Assembly (NCBI GenBank): GCA_013265495.1
Contig: MU058206.1
Location: forward strand, 250,001-314,000
Source of the DNA: Vicugna vicugna
Lineage: Eukaryota
Length of the DNA stretch: 64,000 nucleotides
Direction of reading: 5' to 3'
The position numbers and the translations under genes were made by a program. The notes beneath the pieces were generated by a model, which saw only the letters and a program-made list of their open reading frames with translations, did not search any database and had not been told where the DNA came from. Shown here piece after piece: positions 1 to 39,600 of this stretch; the first letter of the stretch is position 1; each line of letters starts with the position of its first letter.

Positions 1-688
1 TGTCTCCTCTACCAGACAAGAAACTTCCTGATGATGGACGCTACCCTTTCGTTCCTTTTACAAGCCCCTCTTCCTAACACTTTGAGACACAGGATGGCTC
101 TTAAAATATGGTTTCTTCTGCAAAATATCCCTTATCAACTTGGAGTTTATATGATAAACGGAAACGTCCTTTCGCCAATTAGGCAACGAACAGGTTAAAC
201 CCCAGCAACCTGATGGATTCTGGGGCTTTCCTGCCTAGACTTCAGAAAGTAAGACGACCGGTAAGGGAAATTTTGCCCAAGGTAAAGATGAGAACCATTG
301 ACTTCAACTGTCAGGCTTCTGCCCCAAACAGGAATGGCTACCCGCTCCCTAACTAAAAATGGCTGGCTCCAGTTTTCACCATCGATGCCGCTTTCTGCCC
401 AACTCCAAAATGGCGTTCACTGCCCTCATCAGAGGAGGGAACCTCCCAGCACCCTCTCTGGCCCATAACGTCAGGTGACGCGAGCCCCAGCCGGAAGTGG
501 AGGAAAAAGCGCCTCAGCCCGCGGCGCCTGCGCAGAAGGCTCTAGACGCTGTGAAGCAGGAGGCACTTGGGATCGTCCGCAGGATTGGGACTGCTACAGA
601 GGCCGCCACGGAGCCCGCCGGAGCCACCGTTCCTACTGCTGCTGCCGCCGCTGCCCGAATCGGAACCGTCGGGCCGCAGCCGCCGGCA

Positions 689-27465
<26,777 letters not shown>

Positions 27466-29031
27466 AGTGACCTGTTACTCTGAGCCAGCGAACCCCAGCA
27501 GTAGGAATCCGTACCCTAGGGATCTGTCTGTCATTTCTGTTGCTCTTGTGATTGGCAAGTACAGTATCCTTTGGGAAGGCCATCCCCCTCAGGACTGTCC
27601 TGGCTCCGACCTTCATGTACACTGCAGACGCTGGTTCTGAGGAACTGTTCTTTCGGCCTCAGTGAGGTTGCCTGGATGGGATCGCTGTTAGACTTGAGTG
27701 CAGATCCCTCGTAGCACTGACCCAAGGTGTTCTGTTTTGGTACTGTACCTGTCCAGTCACTGGTTCTCTCCTCATGTCCTCTGGCCCCATGAGGTTGTGT
27801 TGTGTCTTCTAAACTTTGTAATAGTGCTTCTTGCCACCTGGTCACCAGACCACCAAATAACGGTTGCCACCACCAGGACCTTTCCATTTATTCCTTACAT
27901 GTGTTTTTGGAGGGGCAGGGGAGAGGTAACAAACACTTCTGAGTGTGTGTGCTGGGAGGGGTCCCTTCCCTTTGGACTTCATCTCACTGTAAATTTTTTC
28001 CTCCATTTTTATCAAAAGACCTGTTTTTGATCAGTATCGGGCTGACCAGAGCCAAATACTTTTGAAGACTCTCCCAGGGATTAGTCTTGGTAACAGCACA
28101 TTATCTGAATGAGATGGAGAAAAGAATTGAGCGGTGGTGATTCTGTACTTTTGAGTTCACCTGTGGGCAGTGGGCATTGGGCAGCGTCTTGGTGGAAGGG
28201 AATGGATACTACTTTTTGCCTCACCAGATAAGGTGCCCAGTCGTAAATGTTTTCTTCTCTTTACTCCCTGCCCTTTTTTACGTTTGCAGGTGCCAAAATA
28301 ATTTCCAGTTCTCCCTTTCATGCTGCATGTTAACTGGTTAATTATACCACAGAAACCTTACCACCAGTACCAGTGTGAGATAGCACACCTACACTTCCAC
28401 ATAAGTTGCACTGCTTTTGTCTGAACATCCTCGGAGAAGCGATTGAAAATGACTTCCGTATCTCAGCCCATGACTCAGCAAAGCAGAATGTCCACCCCTG
28501 CCAAGGTTTGCTTCTCTTTTCAACAGTGCCTCACCCTCCCTCTAGGACTAAAGTGCTCACGCCCTTCCAAGAACTCCTCCTCCATTTCCTTTTTTGGGAT
28601 TTACCTCCCCCCCCATTCTCTGGTCTCCTATTTTTGGTGTTGTTTAAGTGAAGGAAGAGATGCTCCCTCTAATTTCTCTCCAGCCCATTATAACCTGCTA
28701 TCTTGGGGCAGCTTTTGATGTATGACATGTCACCCTTCCCAACTTGGTCTCCTACATCACCACTGTCTTCATGTGGAGCCCTCACCACAGTCCCCACTCT
28801 GGTCATTTGTGCCTTTCTCTTGTCATCTCTGTACACTACTTATATTCACTGTGGGTTGGGGGGAGCTAATTTTAAGCATGTTCAGTGGCAGCTCCCTGCC
28901 AGTTTCAGTGTCACTGTTAAAATTTATCCAAAAGCAACTTCACTGGGGGTTTTCTTAAGGGGTAAAGGCCTTTTACAGAAGCTAACCCTTCCCCACATGT
29001 GGTAGAATGTGCTGTCCTGTATCTACTCCTC

Positions 29032-29037
29032 AATAAA
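29032..29037 (+). terminator. KAT7: KAT7 polyadenylation signal (3' UTR about 1.6 kb)
   Basis: First AATAAA I found downstream of the stop codon, followed by U/GU-rich sequence. Confidence 0.7.
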
Positions 29038-32000
29038 GCATGTTCTCTGCTCACGTCTGTTTCACCCAGGAGCTCTCATTTACGGATGGAACGGGTGCCA
29101 CTGACTTGCTGCGAATAGTAAATGCCCTCGGGATTTATTTTCCTAGCAGTGAACTGCCTGTTGAGGGATGCGGTTTGTGGCTGGGGGAAGGTTTGTTTTT
29201 TTTCCTTTGTGTTGCAGGCTATCTGTAGAGGGAGTGCTTACTCTGAACTTGTCTACTTGGTGGGATAAATTCTCTGCCGCCCTCTGGTTCCAGCTAATAC
29301 GCATGCATACGAGCGACTAGTCAGTGTTATTCATTCTTCTGTTTAGTTCCTTTTCTTGATTTTGAGGGCAGAAGAGCCAGCAGGAAGTTAGGGTAGACGG
29401 GGTACAAGCGATAGTTGTGGGAGGTGGGAACAGGTGTATCCCTTCTTAATCTCCAGGCTTGTTTGCCAGGAGCGAGCAGTGTCACCTCTAATCATCGTCT
29501 CTCGGGTAGAGATGGTTTCTGAAAGCAGCTGCATTTTCTTGTAGCATTTATCCAGTGCAGGAAAAGGGAGGCTGGGCACTTATCTGTACAGTAGAAAGGA
29601 GAAGGGTGGAAGTTGTATTAGAGTGGTTTCGCCCACTGTGGCCGGTACCAGTGAGAACCCCTCCTGGCAGGTAAACTTGGAGACAAGGGTCCTCCTTGGC
29701 AAGGTTAGGTCCTGTGTGTCACTTACCAGGAGGGGGAGATGGGATGGACAGAAACTTAAGGTTATAAAAAGACTGTTCTGACACTCAGAGATGTGCACCC
29801 AAATCTCCATGTTCTAGATACTGCATCAAAGGGAAATTTTGCTCTCTGTCACATTTTGAAAAATTTGAAGTAGGCAGTATGGATCATGAGAATGGAATGC
29901 TGAGAGGTCAGAGCACTTGAAGTTTTGTGCACAGTCTGGATCCTAAGCCTCCGCTGATTGCCACCCGCCCTTTCCTCACATAGAAGAATTCTCTGGTTTA
30001 AATCCTTACAGGTATGGGAATAGACTGTTCACTTCCATGGCTACTGTGAGTAAAACTGTCCCCTCTGACTCCCTTTTACTTGCACAAAAGAAGCTCAGCT
30101 GCTGAGGCTCCCTCATGAGAAGATCGAAAGTCTGGAGTTATTCCTGGATCTAGCTCCCGAAACCCTCCAAGTAGAAGCCCCTCCTGTGTTTCGGAGGAAG
30201 AGCGCTCTAGCACGTGCTGGTTGCTTCCCAGTGTGCTGGGTACCATCACACTGCCTCATCTGACCCCCATGTTAACCCAGTGCAGTAGAAATCCACACAG
30301 GTTTTGCAGGAGAAAACCGGGAACACAGGTGACATGGTAAGTGACAAAGGCAAATCTCATTTTGCTCTGTCTGGCTTGAGAACCCACACCCTCCCATCTA
30401 CCATTTCACTTCTCGGCTTTTTGGTTCCTTAATGGTTAACCATCTGATCCCTTCTAGTTAGATTTCCTTGCTTCAGCCACAGGCCCCCATGCTCCTAGTG
30501 GCTTCCATTGCCAGAAAAATAAAACTGGTGAAACTTGCAGACGAAAGAATTGATTTTAGTTGGTCAGATAGGCAAACATTTGGAGGCCAGAGACCTAAAC
30601 CAGGAAGCAAACGATGTGCCTCATTCTGGCTCTGCTTCTGATTTAGGAATAAACTGTCTAGTAAGCACCGTCCCTTAACTGACGTGGTTTCCTTCAGTCC
30701 TGACCGCAGCACCACTGTAAGGCGGGTATTATATCCCTTTTCCACACGAGAAAATTTGAGGCTCAGAGGTCTTGCTGCTGGGTTATAGAAACAGAATGAG
30801 AGCCTTGCTTCTCTGATTCCAGTACCCAGGCTTCTGACAGCGCTGTCGTGAGTCATCTGATGTCTCTGTGCCTGTTCCCATTTCTCACAAGGGGGCTAGT
30901 GAGTCATATTAAGTAATTTTTAAGAATAATGGTGTGCCCTTTACATGGCAACATGATGCTTTTGACTTGTCCTCAGCTTTGGTTTGTCCCTGCAGTTCTG
31001 GGCAGATTGCCTGGCTAGGGTTAGGAGTGGCCTTAATGGAGTTCATGTGAAGCCAGTGTAGAAAATAGACTGCAGCTTGCTTACAGCACACATTCCTCCT
31101 GGAACGTGAGACAAATGAAAAGCAGCTTTTTGGATGTATATTAGTAAGTTTTCAAGGGTAAGCATAAACATATCTGCCTCTTTCCTCCATCGAAGAGCAG
31201 TCGGTAAGCCAAATGACATTTAAGGAGCAGAGCTGTTATGGCAGGTGCTAAGATGAAGCGGCATGACTCTCAGCAGGGAGCCTTACCCTTTTTTCTTTCC
31301 TTCTGAACTTTTGAGAATCTAATCAAAGCATTGGGTCTTTTTTTTTAATTTACATAATGCAGATAGGCACACATTTGTCTACAGTTCAGGAAATTGAGCC
31401 TTTGAATCCATTTCTGGATTGTGGGGGTGGGGAGGTAAAAGAAACCCTGGTTTGAGAAAGCTCCAGTGAAAAGGCAGAATCCTGCCTTCTACCTGCCTTC
31501 ACTCTCACCCCACCCCACGGCCCTGAGCTAGACCTTTACAGGTTCAAGTAACAGGTCCCATTAAGTGAGGTACAGTGACTGCTGAGGGAGAAGGCCTGGT
31601 TCACTGGCTCGTTAGTGTCCTTCCTTCCCGTGGCCTCCCAGGTATACATACACACACAGTGCTATGCGGGATTTTGCATGTTTAGAGAATAAGGTAAAAA
31701 CTTCGCTCAATAACACGGTGTGTGCTGGGAATTCTAGAAACCACCTTTTGCTATTCACTGGGGATCATGGAATGACAGAATTGGACCGCCACCAGTTCTG
31801 CCCTAGCACTTTCTACTATGAACTTGTATGACTGCCTCTTCCAGACTGTTTTCCTGCTGATGGGGGCAGGATAATTGCCCACTTCCTTTGTGGTATCTTC
31901 AACAGAATGCCAATGAGTGTCACTAAGAAGGGAAAAAAGGACTGCCTAGTGGTGAAAAACGTCCCTTGTGCTGAAAGATCAGTTTGTCTCTTCTGCCTTG

Positions 32001-32309
32001 TTCAATCCCTGTAGATGCAGGACACACTGGCACCATGTGGGGGTTTGAGGGTTTGTTTACTTGTGCCCAGGAGTGGAGAAAATAACCTGTGCTGTTGCAC
32101 AACTTTGGCTCCATTGCTCTTCCCAGATGTTCTGTGTGCGATACAAACACCTTTATCCTTGGCAAGTCATGTCCATTCCAAGAAGCCTGTCTTTTTCTGC
32201 TGGGTATTTATTTCTGGAAATCACTCACCTCATATTTAGTTGGTCCCAAAGTTTTTAGAAACCTGTACTCCTATCTCACAGAAAAAAAAAAAGGTATGGT
32301 AGATCATTT

Positions 32310-32690
32310 CCAGAGGTGGTGACCAATAATTTCTCCCATCTCTGGATGTGTGTGCTGCTCCATGTGGGCTGGACTTTTTACTTGATTTAACTAATCAAAT
32401 GTGACAGAAGTGGTATTCTGGCAGCTTGCACTTTTGGTCTTGGAAGCCAGCTGACATTTCCAAACCAGGAGCTTGAGCTAAACTGAGTAGTGTTGGACGG
32501 AGTAAGACCATGTACAGGAGAACTAATGTGCTGCAGCCGGTAGCACCGCAACTCCAGACTCCATACTCCCAGCTGGATGCAGCTTCATGAGTGACCCCTG
32601 CCGACCACACAAAGCTAAAGAAACATCCTGCTGAGCTGTGCCAACCTGGAGGATCAGGAGAAATTATAAACCATTATTTGGGGATGGCAT
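32310..32690. mobile_element. MaLR (MLT1-like) solo LTR
   Basis: CCCAGCTGGATGCAGCTTCATGAGTGACCCC...CCTGCTGAGC, an MLT1-type motif. Confidence 0.55.
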
Positions 32691-33759
32691 GACACCGAAA
32701 TGGGTATATGAAAAAGGAGTTTTGAAATTAAATGGCTAGAATCCAGTTTGGCCTTGTAGGTTTTGTTAAACTAATGCCTGTGATTGGAAACCAGAGGTGT
32801 CCAGAGGAAGACCACCTTGTGTAACACCAGGGGCAGTGTTCGAGTTCCATGCAATGGCGTCTGCAGAGCCAGTTTAACCCTGGTTGGTCTTTCAGTATTT
32901 CTCAGCTCTCAGTCATATTGCCTCTGAGGTCCCTCCCTGGCCTTGGAATTCTTGGCCACCTCCTTATGGAAGCGGATCAGGAGAAGTGAAGAATTAGCGT
33001 ATCAAGACGTGGCTCATCCCTTCCCTGCTCCAGAATTCACGTGGCTTCCCATTGCTCATTGGATTGATGAAGTTCATGCTTATCTTGGCTTTCGAGTCTC
33101 CATAAGCTGATGGCCTCCCTAGCTTTCTTCGTTCCCCTGCACATAGCCTCGGTGCACAACGGGATTAGTCTGTCCCTTTCCCTGTTTTTCCTCGGGAACG
33201 CCTCCACTTCAGCCTTCCCCAAAGTGTGTCCCGTTAAACACAAAGAATTAATGGGCTAAAAGGGTGCTGTATTCAAACTTGGAGAATACGGAGTTATATT
33301 ACAGTGTGTTTCTTGAATTCAGAGCTTCTCAAAGCCTCCCTCTTGGGATTTTCCAAGAGGGAGATGGAATGTAACATTTCCTTAAATGATTAGATCTAGG
33401 AGAATCCTTTGAGAGACCAGTATGTTGAGAGGCAGACATTTGGAAGTTTCTTGCCTATTGAAGTGGCCTGGCTAGAAAGGAATTCCTTGTGAAGACTTAT
33501 AACTCTGCCTGAGACTTGCCTGTACATTTACAGCATAGACCAAGTAGGCGTAGGAGTTGAGTGTGTTTGGAGTGAAGGACCCTTGGCTCAAATCCTTCCA
33601 TTTCCGGTGTAGAGTGAGGGTGTCTGCAGAGTGAGGAGGGTACTTGTGGAGGTAAACTGTCTTGCAGGATGCCAGATACATTACAGACATTTCATTTGTA
33701 CACAAAAATGTAGAACTTGAATCTCCTGGAGGACATCGATACTAAATACAGAGGATTTC

Positions 33760-34480
33760 TAGTTGTGATCCATGCGAAGAAGGGTGAAGGACAAGGTGTT
33801 GTGTGAGCATAACTGGAGGGAACTCCTTGAGCTTGATTATCAAGGAAGCCCTGGCTGAAAAAAGAGCCTTTCTTACTTTATCCTGGGGCCTGAAAGATGA
33901 GGAGTTAGCCAAGGGAGGGGTGTGTGGAGGGACTAGGGCTGTGTTCATATAGGGGAGAGCCTGAGCATAGACCTCAAAGCAGGCAAGCAGGTAGTCTGAG
34001 AAATTCTGCCTGGAGCCAGTAAGGAGACTGAGGGGGAAGGATCAGAGAGCACAGGGCCTTGGAGGCCAAGGACGAGAATATCAGGTTTATCTAGGAAACT
34101 GAAGTGTGGCCAGTAGTGGACGGTCATGCTCCGGGCGGAGAATGGAGGGGGGTGGGTCTGGCAGTAAGATGGGAAGCAAGGAAGTCTTTCAGGAGGCTGC
34201 TGCCCTACAGGCAAGGGAAGATGATGCCTTGTGTTACCAGTGGTAGTGAAGGTGGCAAGATGAATTCTAGACAGATCTGGAAGAGCCAACAACTAGGAAA
34301 TGTGTTTAGATGGGGGAAGCAAGGAGTAGAGGGTGGCTCCCAGGTTTCCAGCCCACAGCAGGGTACCTGGAGGTGCCACTTGTAGACAAGAGCTGACCAC
34401 CATGAGTAGCTTTGGGGCCGTAGGTCAAGAGTTCAGCATTTGGACATGTTGAGTTTGAGAACTACCGGATATGTGTTCAC
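33760..34480 (-). mobile_element. L2 fragment
   Basis: GAGTTCAGCATTTGGACATGTTGAGTTTGAGA and similar L2 hallmarks. Confidence 0.65.
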
Positions 34481-36228
34481 TGAACAGTCACTGCTGTTTA
34501 TTTCAGTTACTTGTATTATGTTTGGCTCCCTCGTGGCTCTAGAGACAGACTCCCTGAGGACAGGAAGTGTGAATCCTCTCCAAGGACCTCTTATGTGCTG
34601 AACACTATCACTGGCACTGGGGTAAAGATAAATGAGAAGTGGTCTGTATACTTGAGTAACCCTGTTGTTGAGGAGATAAAACTATTAATTTTAACATCAC
34701 ATTCGTGCTGTGGTGGAGGAAGGTGCAGGCACTTTGGGAACTCGGTGGAGAGAGTGAATGGGTAGTTCTCAGTTTGGGAGAGCTTTACAGAGAAATTGAC
34801 CTCTGAGTAAGAATTCACTAGAACGGGAGGAGAATGGCATGTGCAGAAAGCAGCTTGTGTGAACATGATGGGTCTAAAAAGGATCGTTGGAGAGCAGGGG
34901 CTGGCCTTTGCAGAGTGACCACCTCTCCCTTGCTCTCTACAGTCGGTAGGTCTTTGAGGACAAATTCCATCTCTGATACTTCCAGTCCCGTCTAAGTGCC
35001 CAAAAAAGTACCAGCATAGAGAGGAAATTTACAAAATATCCGGTAACTTGTTTTTCTTAAATGTCCCAAATTTCAGACACAGGAATAAAATCTTCAGTCC
35101 TCTTTGCCACTCCTTCAGGTTGGCTTGTTACAGTGACCGACCTCCTGGGACCACAGCACTGGGTGTTGAGATGGCCAAGGCACCAGTGCCTGGTGGGGGA
35201 GGTTAGCAGTGGAAGGGGTGAGGGTACCCTGGGGGCTTCTGCAGTGTCAGGCGGTGGCTTGCACCGCCGCCCACTTCCGTATTTCTCAGCGGACATGGTA
35301 TGGTGTAAGGATGAGGACAGGAGGCCTGGGGTTTATTCAGAGCTCAGGACGAAGAGTGAGCCTTAGGATAGAGATTCTTTCACTACACGTTGACTAGAAG
35401 AACCTTACTGGTTGTGCTGACACACTGGCCTCAGGGCCTTTGCTGTCAGCAAACCTTTCTCTAGCACCCAGATGAGGGGCCTGCTGTTTCCACCCATGTC
35501 TTCTTCCCCTCCTTTTAAACAGCCTAACAACCCCACCCCCTAAAGAGTCAGGTGCCCCCTCAAACTCCTAAACCATTTCCTTCTTTTTGGACAGAGGGAT
35601 GCAGAGATGCAAAATGTGATGCAGCCTAGTGAACTAACGAACCGTCCTTCACTGTGGAACTCGCACAGCTCCCAGCTCACTCCTTTGTTCATCTCTAGGC
35701 TTATTACCTAGGTTTGTCCCCCAGGATTTCATTCTGGCTCTTTCTAAGCATCCTGGGGTCCTCTGTGTCCCACCTGTCTATGAACCACTGGGGCAGGACA
35801 GTGGTCTCCCCATCAGACTGGGGGCTCCCTGAGACGGGAACTATTTCATTTCTCTAAAGCTCTTCCCAGTGCTCAGAGCGTGACTAGCTGCCTGTGTCTC
35901 AGAAGCACAGCAGTTAGTTGGAGGGCTACTTCATACGTGAGTATTAACGAAGGCCCTGGAATCCAGTTCTTCTCCAAGTCCAAAGACACATGGATTTGGG
36001 TCCTTGAGGCTATGACGGTAGGTAGGGAGGGGGTGTCGCCCTTACCAATGTCCCAAGCCTGTCTTCCCACCTTCGGGTAGAACCACGGCCGTTTGAGATT
36101 TCCCTTTACAACTCTGGAAAAGGCCTCCCGGCCTGCTGACGTGCCAGGCCGCCGGGCAGGGTGCAGAGCCCAGGCCATCCCCGCCCTCTGCCCCGGAACC
36201 AGAGAAGAAACCATTCACTACTCATTGG

Positions 36229-36234
36229 TTTATT
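36229..36234 (-). terminator. TAC4: Candidate TAC4 polyadenylation signal
   Basis: AATAAA on the - strand about 335 nt after the stop; a variant CATAAA lies at 36368-36373. Confidence 0.45.
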
Positions 36235-36568
36235 GAGCCCCTGATGTGGCCCTGGGCACGGGAGACAGGAGTGGGGAGGCTCAGTCCTGCTATGCAGTGA
36301 GAGGAGAGCTGAGTGCTGGGGGTGGAGGTGGGCAGGGTCATTTGCTCACAGTGGTGACAACAGGGAATTTATGCATGACCGCCGATTGAGACCAAGAGTC
36401 CTGGGAGGAGCCCCAGTGAGTTCAGTGAGGGCCTGGTGGGAGGGACATGCCGGCGTTGAGCACAGGAGACACGGAGAAGAGAGCTGGCCTGGCCAGCTGG
36501 TTCGTTATAATGTCCAGGTAGGGAGAAGGGGGGGGGTTCGTCGTCTGGGAAGCGTGTGGTGGGGGCTC

Positions 36569-36600
36569 TCACTCTGACCCGTGGTCCTCATCCTCTCTGC
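36569..36600 (-). CDS. TAC4: TAC4 exon 5 coding part (GREDEDHGSE*)
   Basis: ttcccag|GC acceptor; resembles human GREDEAQGSE; TGA stop. Confidence 0.9.
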
Positions 36601-39600
36601 CTGGGAAGAGTGCTGTACATGGGCGAGGGTTAGGGGAGGCTTGCCTGGCTCCGCCACCCCCGGAGGCCCTCCGTTTCCCTAGCCCAGGTTTCTCTGGCTG
36701 CAGATAGCTAGGGCAATCAGATTACAGGTTCACCTGCCACGTCTTCCATTTTTCCATCATAAATGCCTCCAGAGTGTGGACGGGCCAATCCTCAGTTTTC
36801 TTCTCTAAAGAGGGGGAGTGGTAACCCAGTACTCAGAATGCCAGAGGCCCTCCTGGGGACATGGGATATGCCCTGGACGAGGGAGCAGGAGACACAGCAT
36901 TTAGTTCTGGCTCTGTTATCAGTTCACTGTGTGACTTTGTGGCCCCCTGCCAGAAGGCGTTAGCTGATAACCACTTAGGGTGCTATCCCTCCCAGGGTGA
37001 TTTGCACTTATTTACAATTGTTGAAGACAGGAAATATCTTCAGGTTTTCTAACAATGATTAGTGAGGGAATAAGGGGGATGTTCCAGGGTCTAAAAACCC
37101 CCACACCGTTCTCTGTGGCTTCAGCAGGCCCTCAGAGCAGGGAGCAGAGTGTGCCTGTTGGTGAGGGGTGGGGGGTGGAGAGGGTGCAGCTTCAGGGTTA
37201 TAGCTGCTTCAGGCCTGGATCGTCAAAGGGACCACCTCCCAGCGCCTTGACTGCTCTCTTCCATGGGGCCCCTTCCTTGCAGCTTGTGGGAAGCCTGTTC
37301 TGCCTGTCCAGCTGCCTGGCCCCTACCGCAGAGACTGGCAGCAAAATACCTGGTCCTTCCTCAGGATGCCCTTGCAATCCAGTAAAAGCTCTCACCTACC
37401 TTCTGTAGATGGTCGTCCCCTGTCCAGGAGGCCCTGGACCACTGGTCCTCGCAGATACCCTGGTGATGGAGAGAGGAGATAAAGAAGAGAGGGTGCAGCA
37501 GAGGAAGGCTTTCTTGGGAACCAAGAAATACAGGCCAGAGCTGGGACCTCACGAATGGAGTCATTTCTCAATCAGCCTGAGTAGCTGAGGAAAGACTGTG
37601 GACTGGTTCATTCATTCACTGATTCATTCACAGATTCCTTCCTCTTTCCCCTCCATGCTCTCTCCCTTATGCCCTTCCTTCCACAGACACCTCGTGGGTG
37701 CCTCTAATAAAACTGCTGGGTGTCATGGGGACACAGGAGATGGCAGACCTCTCCCTGCCCATGGGAGAGGAGAGTGTTCTACTCTGAGGACACCAGCCGT
37801 GTGACCCAGCAGATGAGTGCAGGGCGGTGTGCGGAGGAGGCACGGTGCCCAGGCCACGGAGGCAAGCTCTGGGCAGGGCAGGCGCTCAGGGAAGGGGAGG
37901 CGGAGCCGGGAGTCCAGGCAGTGAGGACAGCCAGGAGGGTGTGCTGGGTCGTTAGGGCATGAGGTTTGCTCCCGAGAGGACTGAAGGGTTATGGTAAAGA
38001 TTGGTTTGTTTTCTTTTGATTTTGTTTTTCCCTTTCCACCCAAAGGGTTTTAAGCTGCTCAGATTTTCATTTTTAAGATCCTTCCATGTGCAGGATGGAT
38101 TGAATTGTTTTTCCAACTCCAGGCTTCAGACCCAAGGTAATTTTGAAGCTTTGGCAGAACTAGATTCATCCCTGTCTCCTTGTCCCCGCGGCTGCTTCTG
38201 GGCAGGCAGAGAGCATCTCTCTAAGGAAACAAGCAGGAAGCCCAGCCCCAGCCTGCAGCCGGACCATGCCGGCCCCACCCTCCACATGTTGGCCTGACAC
38301 GCGCTCTGGCCAGAGCATCCCCTCACCTCCCTGGACAACTCAATCCTCCCCAGGGAGTGTAGGGAGAAAAAGTCTAGACAAAACTTACCTGCTTTCTCTG
38401 GCTGGTTGGGAGGTATTCCTGGGGAAAGAGTGAGAAGGAATGAGGGCTGCACTGCTTCCCTGGGGGGCACAGTGAGGTGGCAAGGGCTCATGGCTTTTCG
38501 GGGTCCCAGGCCTTTGGTGCATCTTTGGTGGAACTCCAGTCATGTAGCTGGGCCACGTAAGACACACACTTGGTAGGAGGCCACGTGTAGTGGGAAGTGC
38601 ACGTACTTTGAAGTCACTGGTGCCTGGCACTAGCTGGGCATCCTTGGGGAAATATTTAACCTCTGTGAACCTTAGTTCCCCTGCTGGTGATAAAGAGGAT
38701 ATTGTGAGATCTCATCACATGTGAGCATAGTAGGTGCTCAATAAATATTTCTCTTATACCCTCACACCCTGCTTCCCCATAGGTTGTTGGATTTGGAAGA
38801 GAATTCTGAAATGGCCCATCCCAAACTCATGTAGAGAGGAAACTCAGGCTAAAAGTGTTTGGTCACAAGTTGGTTTTCCTTTTTTAATGCATTTTTTAAA
38901 ATTACAAAAGCAGTCTTTGAATACACTCCCGCTATAAAAAGAATCAAGTAATGTAGAGGTCAGTGTAGTAAAACTTCAAGTCCCTCTTAACTCTTCCTCA
39001 CCTCCACTTCCTATCTTAGGTATGAATACCGTTGACAGTTTGATATTTATCCTTCTCGAACTCCCCCTATGTTTTCATATATATGTGTGTAAGTATGTAG
39101 GTGTTTTTAAGACAACACGTAGGTTCCCATCCTACATATTGTTATAGAACTTGCTTTTTCCACTGAACCAGTATCTTGGAGCTATTTCTATGTCTTTCCC
39201 GAGATCTGCCTCCTCCATTTTAGCGGCCACAAAGGCTATGGACGTGCCTAATAGATTTTGACCATTTCCCCCATTAGTGGTTTTTATGTTATTTCCAAAT
39301 TCTTGCTACTACAAACATGTTGGCAATGAACGCCCTGGTCCAAATACCTCAGGGTTCATGTATCAGCAGTATTTCTATCTGCTAGATTCCCTATACGACC
39401 AAAATGAGACTATTGGTCAAAATGTATGCACATTTCCAACCTTGATGGATATTGCCAACACATCTTCCAAATAAGGCAGTATAGAAAAGTGCCAGGTTTT
39501 TTTTCGTATCCTCACCAACACCACTTAAAAACATATACAATATTGACAATAAGAAAAAGAAAACTGCTCTCTGTTCAGACTGTTTTCTCCTTGTCCCCCC

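Noticed and set aside
29272..29292. CTCF-like AACCAGAGGGCGGCA on the - strand after the KAT7 poly(A) site
   Set aside because: Mismatch at a key 5' C of the core; too weak to call by eye
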